From: an uncultured Acidobacteriaceae bacterium
GTDB lineage: Bacteria; Acidobacteriota; Terriglobia; Terriglobales; Acidobacteriaceae
Assembly (NCBI GenBank): GCA_963842095.1
Contig: CAWJEY010000007.1
Coordinates: 137,602 to 201,601 of the forward strand
Length of the DNA: 64,000 nt
Reading direction: 5' to 3'
Every line of letters starts with the position of its first letter. The stretch's first letter is position 1. The translations under genes were made by a program, and so were the position numbers. The notes under the pieces were generated by a model. It was not told the DNA's origin, did not search any database, and saw nothing but the letters and a program-made list of their open reading frames with translations. Below are positions 17,419 to 26,549 of the stretch, in pieces.

Positions 17419-18228
17419 ATGAAGAGAACAATTGTGTCTTCCACGTCCAGCAGAAAACACGCAGGAGGTGCGGCCAGCGATCAGGTCGTAGTGCCCGAGC
17501 CTTCATTCTCGGAGCGGGCGCGGACCTTAGTGTACCTGGGCCGCATTGGCAGCCTCTCGACTCTTTCCCGCAAGCAGCCGGGCTTCCCCTTCGGATCCGT
17601 GATGCCCTACGCGCTGGACGGACGCGGGCGTCCCATCTTCCTCATCAGCACCATGGCGATGCACACCCAGAACCTGCAAGCGGATCAGCGCGCCAGCCTG
17701 CTCGTGACCCAGCCGGACGCCAGCGGCGATCCGCTGGGCGCCTCCAGAGTCACAGTGATGGGAAATGTTCTGACCATCCCGGATCCCGAGATCGCCGACG
17801 CGCGCCAGCTTTACCTGGAGCGTTACGCCAACAGCAAGTACTGGGTGGACTTTGAAGACTTTTCTTTTTATCGAATGGATGTGCTGGATGTTTACTACGT
17901 GGGAGGCTTCGGGGTCATGGGCTGGGTGACGGCGCCGTACTACGGCCTGGCGCAACCCGATCCCCTGGCCGATGCCGCGGCCGGGATTATTGAACACATG
18001 AATGCCGACCACAAGGATGCGGTCATCCTGCTGGCGCGCGTGTTTGCCGGCATCGAGTGTCAGGAGGCGGCGATGACGGCCGTGGACCGGCTCGGTTTTC
18101 AGGTGCGCCTGAAAACCTCAGACGGGATAAAGGGTGCTCGCATCGCGTTCCTGCAGGAAGTGAGCAATCCAGTGGAAACCAGAAAAATCCTAGTGGAGAT
18201 GGTGCAGCAGGCGCGGCAACGGCCTTGA
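17419..18228 (+). CDS. HugZ-like / pyridoxamine-5'-phosphate-oxidase-fold protein with a DUF2470-type C-terminal domain
   Basis: The N-terminal half (FPFGSVMPYALDGRGRPIFLISTMAMHTQNL...SLLV) has a split-barrel FMN-binding-like fold. The C-terminal half carries HMNADHKDAV. Confidence 0.75.
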   Translation: MKRTIVSSTSSRKHAGGAASDQVVVPEPSFSERARTLVYLGRIGSLSTLSRKQPGFPFGSVMPYALDGRGRPIFLISTMAMHTQNLQADQRASLLVTQPDASGDPLGASRVTVMGNVLTIPDPEIADARQLYLERYANSKYWVDFEDFSFYRMDVLDVYYVGGFGVMGWVTAPYYGLAQPDPLADAAAGIIEHMNADHKDAVILLARVFAGIECQEAAMTAVDRLGFQVRLKTSDGIKGARIAFLQEVSNPVETRKILVEMVQQARQRP

Positions 18229-18281
18229 TATTCAAACCACGGTGCAGAGCCACACCCGCCGGGGGCTGGCTCGCAAACGCA

Positions 18282-18317
18282 AAGATGCCCGCAATTCTTG
18301 TGAATTGCGGGCATCTT
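18282..18317. terminator. bidirectional intrinsic terminator between the HugZ-like gene and cspA
   Basis: aAGATGCCCGCAATTC-ttgt-GAATTGCGGGCATCTt forms a 15-16-bp perfect stem, followed by a T-rich run (TGTTGTT) on the plus strand. Confidence 0.75.
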
Positions 18318-18340
18318 GTTGTTACTTCAGAAGCGGTCGC

Positions 18341-18544
18341 CTAGACAGCCTGGACGTTCTCCGCTTGCCAGCCCTTGGGGCCCTTGGTCACGTCGAACTG
18401 CACGGTTTGGCCTTCTTGCAGGCTGCGGAAGCCGCCGGCCTGAATCGCGGAGAAATGCACGAAAACGTCTTCGCCATTCTGACGGCTGATAAAGCCATAG
18501 CCCTTAGCGTCGTTAAACCACTTCACTGTTCCTTGTTCTGCCAT
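18341..18544 (-). CDS. cspA: cold-shock protein, CspA family
   Basis: 67 aa, with RNP1 KGYGFI and RNP2 VFVHF motifs. Confidence 0.95.
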   Translation of the reverse strand: MAEQGTVKWFNDAKGYGFISRQNGEDVFVHFSAIQAGGFRSLQEGQTVQFDVTKGPKGWQAENVQAV

Positions 18545-18666
18545 TGTTGGTAGTCCTATTCTTGTTTCTTTGGATTGTGCTGAGAAGATTCGCTGCTAGT
18601 GAGGGGGTGACGCTGGTTGGCGATACCGACCTTCAATTGCTCGTGAGTCAAACTTAGCTGGGTTTA

Positions 18667-18672
18667 ATTATA
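18667..18672 (-). promoter_or_regulatory. candidate -10 box (TATAAT) for cspA, implying a 5' UTR of about 115 nt
   Basis: A perfect TATAAT on the minus strand. The -35 is poor. Long 5' UTRs are typical of csp genes. Confidence 0.3.
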
Positions 18673-18756
18673 CACAACAGGTCAAGAAATTGCTCGAAAT
18701 GTTCGACCTACCCCATTTTATCGGGGAAAGAGCCCCTCCAAGATCCGACGACACGT

Positions 18757-18936
18757 TCACTCCGAATATCCGTCGGAGTTTCCCTCACTGTCGTCAGCGT
18801 CTTCTTCTTCTTCGTCGTCTTCATCATCCTCTTCTTCTTCATCCTCTTCGCCTGGCTCTTGTCGAGCCCTGGCGTCCCCTTCCCTGGAGCGATAGGCAGG
18901 GCTGGAACCGACGAATTCTAGAAGTGTTCGGCTCAT
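18757..18936 (-). CDS. candidate 59-aa highly acidic peptide (below the ORF-track cutoff)
   Basis: My hand translation gives MSRTLLEFVGSSPAYRSREGDARARQEPGEEDEEEEDDEDDEEEEDADDSEGNSDGYSE*. There is no convincing SD, so it may just be a GAA/GAC-rich low-complexity tract. Confidence 0.2.
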   Translation of the reverse strand: MSRTLLEFVGSSPAYRSREGDARARQEPGEEDEEEEDDEDDEEEEDADDSEGNSDGYSE

Positions 18937-19328
18937 CCGCTAATCGTACGCCTCGCCCGCCACGGGAGCGCGGGCGTGTAGGAATTGGGGGAGGGACGCG
19001 CCGGGAGTTCGTAGGACCGAACGCGGGATTCATCCGGCGCGCCACCTTGAGCCGCTGCCTCTCAACTGCGACTCGGTACAAATCTGCCAGCCATGCTAGC
19101 GCCCTGCGGATCCGGCGTCTGTTCAACTTTATACACTTTCGCCGCATGATCGCATGCTCGCCCATTTGCGGCCATCTGCAAACGACACCGCCCAATTCCC
19201 ATTTTGGAAAACAATGCCGGTTTTGACAACTCCTCTCCAAGTTTCTACCTCATGTCGACCTGTTTCGTGATTAGCTTAAGCCATTTACAGACAGCTCGCG
19301 TTACGTCAACACACTCGGAGGTATTTTT

Positions 19329-19913
19329 GTGGGGAACTTCTACACCAACGTGATCTCCAAGGACCCGCGCTTTGCCTCAACAACCCGCATCGGCGACCCC
19401 TCCCTGCTCGAACCGCTGACTCGGCAACTCGTGGAAGGGCTGGTCGCGTCCGCCCACCAAATGGGAATTGAGGTGATGATCTACGAGACCTATCGCAGCC
19501 AGGACCGCCAGCAGGCCCTGTTCAACAACGGCGCCACCAAGCTTCGGACCGTGGGCGTGCATCACTACGGCCTGGCCTGTGACATCGTTCGGGTTGTGGG
19601 CGGCGAACCTTCGTGGAAAGGTGATTTCTCGTTCCTTGGACAACTAGCGCACAGCAGCGGGCTTATCTGGGGCGGCGACTGGGGCGACCCCAATCTCAAG
19701 CACAGCTTCGTCGACAGCGTGCATGTGCAACGCTGCACCGTCGCCAGGCAAGGGAACCTCTTTGCCGGCGCTTGGTATCCCGAGGACACTTACAATCCTT
19801 ACGACGACGGGCAACTTCTGTTTGCCGCCGCGCTTACGGCCGGTGCTCTCAAGCAACCGGCGCAGACTGAAGCCGGAACGCGTAGATCACGCACCGGCAA
19901 GAAACAGGCATAG
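19329..19913 (+). CDS. M15-family zinc peptidase (VanY / D-Ala-D-Ala carboxypeptidase-like)
   Basis: Zn ligands appear in the right spacing (VHHYGLACDIV ... DSVHVQ), with YRSQDRQ nearby. GTG start, no signal peptide. Confidence 0.8.
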   Translation: MGNFYTNVISKDPRFASTTRIGDPSLLEPLTRQLVEGLVASAHQMGIEVMIYETYRSQDRQQALFNNGATKLRTVGVHHYGLACDIVRVVGGEPSWKGDFSFLGQLAHSSGLIWGGDWGDPNLKHSFVDSVHVQRCTVARQGNLFAGAWYPEDTYNPYDDGQLLFAAALTAGALKQPAQTEAGTRRSRTGKKQA

Positions 19914-20045
19914 CCAGGCCTTACGCGGCCAGCCTTGGTCCGGTCGCGTTTCCGGACGCTGATTCTGCACCGTTCCACCGCATGGATTAGTATGTTCGGT
20001 TGCGATTTGCCAAATTCTCACTCGCCACCAAGTGACCTGCCAACC

Positions 20046-21725
20046 ATGCCGCGACCGATCATGCCGCAAGAAGATGCGAAGCTTGCCCCCAACCGCCGCT
20101 CATTTCTCAAGGCCACACTGATTGGCAGTGCGGCCGCGACCCTGACTCCGCTCTACCCCGCGCTGGGCGCGGCGCGCGAGCTTGCCCCGGCCAGCCCCGT
20201 CCCCGACATCAAGCCTTTCGAGCTCGATGAAATCACCGTCTCCGGCTTGCAGGATGGCATGAAGTCCGGCAAGTTTACTGCCCGTTCCCTGGTGGAAAAA
20301 TATTCCGCCCGCATCCAGGAGATTGATAAAGACAAGAGCGGTCCGGCGATCAACAGCGTCCTCGAACTCAATCCCGACGCTCTCTCCATCGCCGATGCCC
20401 TCGATCAGGAGCGGAAGGCCAAAGGCGCGCGCGGCCCCATGCACGGCGTACCCGTGCTGATCAAAGACAACATCGATACCGCGGACAAAATGATGACCAC
20501 TGCCGGTTCACTGGCTCTGGTCGGTTCCAAGCCAGCACAAGACTCTTATGTGGCGCAAAAGCTGCGCAGCGCCGGCGCCGTCATCCTGGGCAAGACCAAT
20601 CTCAGCGAGTGGGCCAATATTCGCTCCAGCCACTCCACCAGCGGATGGAGCGGCCGCGGCGGTCTCACCAAGAACCCCTACGCGCTCGACCGCAATCCCT
20701 GCGGATCCAGTTCCGGCACCGGTGCAGGCATATCCGCAAACCTGTGCGCAGTGGGGATCGGCACCGAAACCGATGGTTCCATCGTCTGCCCTTCCTCTTC
20801 GAACGGACTGGCGGGAATCAAACCCACCGTGGGTCTCGTGAGCCGGAGCGGCATCATTCCCATTTCTCACACTCAAGACGGCGCTGGCCCCATGTGCCGA
20901 TCGGTGCGCGACGCTGCTACCCTGCTTGGCATTCTGACCGGTGTCGACCCCGCCGATGCGGCGACCGCCGCGAGTGCAGGCAAGTCCTACTCCGACTACA
21001 CCCAGTTCTGCGATCCCAACGGCCTGAAAGGCGCCCGCATCGGCGTGGCCAGGAAGTACTTCGGCTTTAGCGATGCAGTCGATGCTCTGATGGAACAGTC
21101 CCTCGATGCCATGAAGAAGCAGGGAGCCACGCTGGTTGATCCCGCGGACATTGAAACTCTGGGTAAGTTCGACGATACCGAACTGCTGGTTTTCATGTAT
21201 GAACTCAAGGCCGATCTCAATGCCTATCTCGCGCGTCTCGGCCCTGACGCTCCCGTCCGCACGTTGAAAGACATCATCGAATTCAACGACCGCAACCGCC
21301 AGAAAGAAATGCCCTACTTCGGCCAGGACCTATTTCTGAAAGCCGAAGCCAAAGGTCCACTAACGGAGAAGGCCTACCTCGACGCGCTCGACAAGAACCA
21401 CCAGTTCGCGCGCACCGAGGGCATTGACGCCACCATGGATAAGTACCACCTTGACGCCATCGTCGCGCCCACCGGCGGTCCGGCGTGGCTCACTGACTTG
21501 GTCAACGGCGACCACGTGGCGGGCGGAAGCTCGAATGCCGCCGCCGTCGCGGGCTATCCGAATATCAACGTAACTGCCGGATTTATCTCGGGCTTGCCGG
21601 TCGGGATTTCTTTCTTCGGGCGGGCCTGGAGCGAACCAGCTTTGATCCGGCTGGCATTCGCTTTTGAACAGGCGACCAAGGCTCGTCAGGCTCCACGATT
21701 CCTATCCACTATCGGCGCTGGGTAA
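20046..21725 (+). CDS. amidase-signature family amidase, Tat-exported
   Basis: Twin-arginine signal (NRRSFLKATLIGSAAATL) and amidase signature (GGLTKNPYALDRNPCGSSSGTGAGISA). I chose the ATG at 20046 over the track start at 19935. Confidence 0.9.
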   Translation: MPRPIMPQEDAKLAPNRRSFLKATLIGSAAATLTPLYPALGAARELAPASPVPDIKPFELDEITVSGLQDGMKSGKFTARSLVEKYSARIQEIDKDKSGPAINSVLELNPDALSIADALDQERKAKGARGPMHGVPVLIKDNIDTADKMMTTAGSLALVGSKPAQDSYVAQKLRSAGAVILGKTNLSEWANIRSSHSTSGWSGRGGLTKNPYALDRNPCGSSSGTGAGISANLCAVGIGTETDGSIVCPSSSNGLAGIKPTVGLVSRSGIIPISHTQDGAGPMCRSVRDAATLLGILTGVDPADAATAASAGKSYSDYTQFCDPNGLKGARIGVARKYFGFSDAVDALMEQSLDAMKKQGATLVDPADIETLGKFDDTELLVFMYELKADLNAYLARLGPDAPVRTLKDIIEFNDRNRQKEMPYFGQDLFLKAEAKGPLTEKAYLDALDKNHQFARTEGIDATMDKYHLDAIVAPTGGPAWLTDLVNGDHVAGGSSNAAAVAGYPNINVTAGFISGLPVGISFFGRAWSEPALIRLAFAFEQATKARQAPRFLSTIGAG

Positions 21726-21866
21726 GTGGCGCCGCCGAACTATCTGTCCCAAATAGCTGGACCGTCCCGGATAGGATCGGGATCGAGTGGGCTGACTTAC
21801 TTTTTAGCTCTAAGAAATCCCACTCCAACGTCTTCCCGTGTTAGCCTTACCTGCAAGGGGGTATTA

Positions 21867-22094
21867 ATGATGATGAACAAAGTGGTTACTTCCCTGCAAA
21901 AGGAGTACTCTCGTCTCGAAACAGAGATGGGGAGGGTGGGGAAAGCGCTGGACGCTCTCGGCCATGCCGGCGGGAAGAGGCTCAAGAAGACAGGCCGTAC
22001 CTTGAGCAAGGATGCCCGCAGGCGAATCGCCGAGGCGCAAAGACTACGCTGGGCGAAAGTCCGAAAGGCCGCCGCCAAGCTAGTTAAGTCGTAA
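21867..22094 (+). CDS. hypothetical small basic coiled-coil protein (75 aa)
   Basis: MMMNKVVTSLQKEYSRLETEMG... is preceded by the SD AAGGGGG about 6 nt upstream. The upstream part of the track ORF lacks coding character. Confidence 0.5.
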   Translation: MMMNKVVTSLQKEYSRLETEMGRVGKALDALGHAGGKRLKKTGRTLSKDARRRIAEAQRLRWAKVRKAAAKLVKS

Positions 22095-22257
22095 GTAAGT
22101 AGTGCTTTCGCAAGCACCGCAGCCGGCCTCGTTCGTAACTTCTGCCAAGAAAAATTGCGGACGAGGCCCAAGCTTCGGAAACCACTTTGATAGAACGCCA
22201 CCTACGTGGCTTAGTTCTTCGACTTCAGAGCGTAGTATCCGCGGCGAGCCTGTACGC

Positions 22258-24516
22258 TCAGTTTTTCGGACCCTGCAAAGTGACCTGCAGCTTGTGAAGT
22301 TTGCCATCGAGTTTCTGCGGCGAGAACCCAAGAATGTAGAAAATCTCAGGCAGCGCCGTGTTCTGAAATCCTTCGTCCATATCGTTGCGATTATGAAAGA
22401 AAGTACCGCCCGTGCCGCTGGTAAGGTCGACCAGCACGTCCCACGATCCTGAAGCAGTTCCGTACTGAACCCGATCGCTCATTGACAGCCCGCTCGGGTC
22501 CACAATGTTGATGATCACGTCCCCTCTCAGAGCGTCGTCGATGATCCCCTCCAACTCCTGCTGCATTTCCGCGGTAGGAAACCCAGGCGAGACGAGAACG
22601 ATGCTTCGCTGACCCGGCAATCGGGAGATTCCACGAACCACTTCCCTTAAAACCTTGACAGAGATCTGGCTCTCCGATCGCCCCGCGATCAGTACCTGAG
22701 CCGCGGTAGCTTCGGCCATCCGTCGCGCTGGCCCACCAGCTTTGGAGTCGTCGGCAAAGGCGCAGTGCAAGGCGTCCGCGGTCGCCTCCGCCAGAGCAAT
22801 GGCATCGTTCTTGTTCTGGATCAGGTCCGCCTGCTCGTAACTGACATCCGGGCAGGGATGTGGCCCGGTCGCGGTTAGCGGATGTGGCCGAATGTGGTCC
22901 AAGGCCGCGTTCAGTCTGGCCCCGTCATTGGTGAAATCCAGCATTACGCTGCCGGACAAAGAGAAGATTGCAGCGCGATCCGCGGGCAGCAGCGCTCGAA
23001 GATGGCGCTTAGCCGCCTCAGTGGCGTTCATCAGATCATTGAAGGTGGCATGAATATCGTCGAACACATAGGCCGCATGGCGCACCGCTGCTGGGCTCGT
23101 GGGCTGCACGGGCCCCACTACGCCAGATCCCGTTGGCGCCTCTGGCACGCTGCCCGGGCGCTCCAGCGAGAACTGCGTGATCAGTTGCGGTTTACGCTCG
23201 TCGAGCAGCCGGAAGTCAGTTCTTTGAAGATTGTCCACCGTGCGCCCCTGCGCATCGCGCACCACCGTGGGCACCAGCACCAGCCTGACGCTGGTCTTAA
23301 AGACCGGCACTTGCTCACCCGGCAATTCCGTTGGCCCGCTTGCGGCGGCGGGCAGTGGAGCCCGCACCGCCGGTTCACTTGCCGGAACCTTGCCGGCCCC
23401 GACGCGCGCAGCCGCAGCAGCTTCCGCTTCTTTTTGCCGGCGCTCGATTTCGGCAATCTGGGCGTTCAGAATCTCCGCCGTAATACTGACGCCCCGGCGC
23501 AGGTCCATCGGCACAGGCTCACCTACCTCGAGCGGAACGGTCTTGGCCGACACGGATGACGCTCCAGCCGGCTGCTCCGTAGGCGGCTCTTCTTCGCCGG
23601 TCAACACACGGGCCCGGGCCGCGAACTTGTGCCAGTGTTTGAAGGTCAATTGATTGTGCCAGCAATGGATAGGATTAACCGTTGGGCAGCTCAAGTTGAC
23701 GGCTTCCGCGGGCAGCACAAACTCAGTTCCATCCGCTAAATCCACGTCGCGATAGTCGATTACCAAGTCCGCCCGCTGAATTGGAAAGTCTACGTTGACG
23801 TCGTCCACTGTCCGTTCCAACCGTATTAAATGCGAATTTGATTTGTCGATCCATAGTCGGCCGTGATAGCCGGGGAACGACCTCTCCCCCGACGGCGACT
23901 GGAGATACCGCAAGCGATTATTCTTTCTTTTCACCTTGAACTCGAAAATCAGGACCTGGGTCGAATTCAATACATCTTTCTTGGTGAACTTGAACTCAGC
24001 AGAACTTTGCGGCTGGAAGACAGCCAGCAAATCCTGCGCGAACTCCCCTTCCGACCAACTTACCGAAGAACCCAGCATCGCGGGTTGAGCCGGTTTTCCA
24101 TTGATTGTGACTTGGGTGTATTGTTCCTGCCCGTCTTCATATCGGACCTTCGCCGTGATACTAGCCTTTTGCACTTCATCGCCAAGTTCGTCCTCCTGGT
24201 ACCGGGTTCTCTCTTCGTCACAAATAACATTGGGAAGTTTGCGCGGCAGAAACAGAGCAAACTCACACACCGCTTCCAATGCGGCAGCTTCTCCCTTCCC
24301 CCGCGACAGATTTTCACAATATGCGGGGACAGTGGACGGGTTGTTGCTCGAGTTGCCACCAGCGTCTGTTTGTGCATCGTGTTGAACCGCGACGGATGGG
24401 CTGGTTTGCGAGCTTGCCAATCCACCAGCCGCAAGAATCGTGACGAGTGCGAAGCAGAACAAACTTCGTGCCGGAAACTTGCGCCATGCTCTCATGGGAA
24501 CCTGCACTGTTCTCAA
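22258..24516 (-). CDS. secreted VWA-domain protein (VWFA-related Acidobacterial-domain type) with a large N-terminal extension
   Basis: Signal peptide present. The central stretch VFKTSVRLVLVPTVVRDAQGRTVDNLQRTDFRLLDERKPQ plus a VWA-like C-terminal half matches what I remember of the TIGR03436 family. Confidence 0.8.
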   Translation of the reverse strand: MRTVQVPMRAWRKFPARSLFCFALVTILAAGGLASSQTSPSVAVQHDAQTDAGGNSSNNPSTVPAYCENLSRGKGEAAALEAVCEFALFLPRKLPNVICDEERTRYQEDELGDEVQKASITAKVRYEDGQEQYTQVTINGKPAQPAMLGSSVSWSEGEFAQDLLAVFQPQSSAEFKFTKKDVLNSTQVLIFEFKVKRKNNRLRYLQSPSGERSFPGYHGRLWIDKSNSHLIRLERTVDDVNVDFPIQRADLVIDYRDVDLADGTEFVLPAEAVNLSCPTVNPIHCWHNQLTFKHWHKFAARARVLTGEEEPPTEQPAGASSVSAKTVPLEVGEPVPMDLRRGVSITAEILNAQIAEIERRQKEAEAAAAARVGAGKVPASEPAVRAPLPAAASGPTELPGEQVPVFKTSVRLVLVPTVVRDAQGRTVDNLQRTDFRLLDERKPQLITQFSLERPGSVPEAPTGSGVVGPVQPTSPAAVRHAAYVFDDIHATFNDLMNATEAAKRHLRALLPADRAAIFSLSGSVMLDFTNDGARLNAALDHIRPHPLTATGPHPCPDVSYEQADLIQNKNDAIALAEATADALHCAFADDSKAGGPARRMAEATAAQVLIAGRSESQISVKVLREVVRGISRLPGQRSIVLVSPGFPTAEMQQELEGIIDDALRGDVIINIVDPSGLSMSDRVQYGTASGSWDVLVDLTSGTGGTFFHNRNDMDEGFQNTALPEIFYILGFSPQKLDGKLHKLQVTLQGPKN

Positions 24517-24552
24517 CTCAAGTTCGTCGGGGCACCCTCACGTCTCACACCC

Positions 24553-25668
24553 CTAAGTCCACCGGAACCACCTTAGCGCCAGCGCGAACGAAACTCCTCC
24601 CCACGCGCCCATCACCAACAGCCGCGGCCACTGCTGGATCAGCGGCGTGCCTTCCAGAATGCTTGCCCGCAGCGCATCGTTCAAGGCCGTGAGCGGCAGG
24701 GCCTTGATTAACGGCTGAATCACCGCAGGGAAGCGTTCATAGGAAAAGAAGACACCGGAAAAAATCCACATGGGCATCATCACAAGATTCATAAGCCCGC
24801 TCACGCTCTCGATCTTCTGCGCCCGGCTCGCCGTCAGCAATCCCACGCCGCCGAAGCACATGGCACCCACGGCGCCCAGCAGCACAATGGCGAACACCGA
24901 TCCCAGCACCTTCATGTGGAACACGATGACCCCAAGCGTCAGCAAGAGTCCGATTTCGATGATCATGAGCACCAGGCGGCTCGAGAGCAGGGCCAGCAGA
25001 AAATCGCCGCGCCGCATGGGCGTACCCACGAAGCGCTTGAGCAGCTTGCGTTGCCGCATGTCAACCAGCGCAAACCCAATGCCCCACATGCCCGAGTTCA
25101 TCAGGTTCATGCCCAGCAATCCCGGAATCAGGTAGTCGATGTAGCGCGAACCCGGCTCAGAAGAAGTGGTCACGCTGGTCGCGACCACATCTTTGCGCCC
25201 GGCCGCCGTCTGCAGCGCATCGTTTACCTCGGACCGGGCCAGCACGCTTTCCGGCCGCGCCGGGTCGTAGCGATACTGCAGCCCTCCGGCGCCGTCCGGC
25301 TCGATCACCAGATCGTATTTCCCCAGACGAAAGCCCTTCCGCGCCGCTTCACCATCCAGCAGATCAACTTTGAAGGAATCATGCTGAGGAGAACCCTGCA
25401 GCCGCCCCTCGGCCTGCTGCGCTCCGGCTCCGGACACAATTGCAACCGAGGATGCATCGGCCGGCTTGTTGCGGAAAGCGATCCCGAGCCCCGTCGCCAG
25501 CAACAGGGGAAATACGAATACCCAGAACACAACCTCCGGCTCACGCTTCAACTCCAGCATCCGCGCCATCAGGAGATGAAGGTATCCGGCCCAGCGCCCG
25601 TTGCGTCGGGGCGGATATTTCCCCGCGACATTTCGTTCAACGACGGGCGTTTCCTCGGCAACACTCAT
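24553..25668 (-). CDS. ABC-2-type exporter permease
   Basis: 371 aa with a large first extracytoplasmic loop followed by 5 further TM helices. It is the last gene of the operon headed by the ABC ATPase. Confidence 0.85.
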   Translation of the reverse strand: MSVAEETPVVERNVAGKYPPRRNGRWAGYLHLLMARMLELKREPEVVFWVFVFPLLLATGLGIAFRNKPADASSVAIVSGAGAQQAEGRLQGSPQHDSFKVDLLDGEAARKGFRLGKYDLVIEPDGAGGLQYRYDPARPESVLARSEVNDALQTAAGRKDVVATSVTTSSEPGSRYIDYLIPGLLGMNLMNSGMWGIGFALVDMRQRKLLKRFVGTPMRRGDFLLALLSSRLVLMIIEIGLLLTLGVIVFHMKVLGSVFAIVLLGAVGAMCFGGVGLLTASRAQKIESVSGLMNLVMMPMWIFSGVFFSYERFPAVIQPLIKALPLTALNDALRASILEGTPLIQQWPRLLVMGAWGGVSFALALRWFRWT

Positions 25669-25680
25669 AGAACGACCAAT

Positions 25681-26538
25681 CTACCTCGCCTGCGGCTTCC
25701 ACTTATTCAGAAATTCGAGTAGAGCCTCCGGAGTCAGCGCGCGCGCGTCTTCGAATTCGCCGTTCTTCTGGCCGACGACCACCTTGCCATCGCTCTCCAC
25801 CACACCCAGTGCCGGGATCCCTCTATCCAGCGACACATCGAACTGCTTTGCCACGTCGGCATTCTTCTTTCCATCGTCTCCAATATCGACATGCACCACT
25901 TCATAGCCTGCCATTACCGCCGCGAAATCGGGCCGGTGAAACGCCAGGTCCAGCACGTGGCAGTCGTAGCACCAGTTGGCGCCAAACACCAGCAACACGC
26001 GCTTGTGCCCGGTTGCCGCCTTCTCTTCGGCTTCTTTGATCTCTGCCTGCGCATCCGCATTCGCCGGATAAAGATCCTTCTTCATGTCCGACGGCTGCGC
26101 CAGATGCGGCGCATCGGTGCGCTCCGCGCCGACAATGCGCCACTGGTCGCTCTGCTGCCGCCAGCCCTGAGCGTCAGTAACGTTCATTGTTTCCCCACTC
26201 GCCATCCGCACTTCGGCCTTGAAAATCACGCTGGCCGCCCCAGGCCTTTGTTTCAACCGCACGATTTCCAGATTCATGCCCCGTGCCTTCAGCCCAAGCC
26301 AGAAACTTATGTCGGCATCGGCAGCGCGCGTAACACCGTTGACGTCCAACTGAGCTGGCGGGTCGCTGCTATAAAAGTTCTTCAGGACCTCAGCATCTCC
26401 GGCAACAATGGCACCTACCCATCGATCCAGCGGATCAAATCCTGTCGTTTTGCTCGCCGACTGCGTCCCGCCGCTTTGCGCGATCGACGCCAAGAGCAGC
26501 GCACCTGTAAGAAACAAATATCGAAATCCCTTTCTCAT
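25681..26538 (-). CDS. exported SnoaL/DUF4440-like + thioredoxin-fold (WCYDC) protein
   Basis: Signal peptide MRKGFRYLFLTGALLLASIAQ, preceded by the SD GAGGGA. The C-terminal thioredoxin-like domain is RVLLVFGANWCYDCHVLD. An alternative GTG start at 26553 overlaps the ATPase stop. Confidence 0.7.
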   Translation of the reverse strand: MRKGFRYLFLTGALLLASIAQSGGTQSASKTTGFDPLDRWVGAIVAGDAEVLKNFYSSDPPAQLDVNGVTRAADADISFWLGLKARGMNLEIVRLKQRPGAASVIFKAEVRMASGETMNVTDAQGWRQQSDQWRIVGAERTDAPHLAQPSDMKKDLYPANADAQAEIKEAEEKAATGHKRVLLVFGANWCYDCHVLDLAFHRPDFAAVMAGYEVVHVDIGDDGKKNADVAKQFDVSLDRGIPALGVVESDGKVVVGQKNGEFEDARALTPEALLEFLNKWKPQAR

Positions 26539-26549
26539 GCTGCGATCCC

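Noticed and set aside
18690-19240. Track ORFs 18690-19226 (plus, 178 aa) and 18839-19240 (minus, 133 aa) in the cspA / M15 intergenic region.
   Set aside because: They overlap each other and are Arg/Pro-rich with no motifs and no SD. The region more likely holds the promoters and the long csp 5' UTR.
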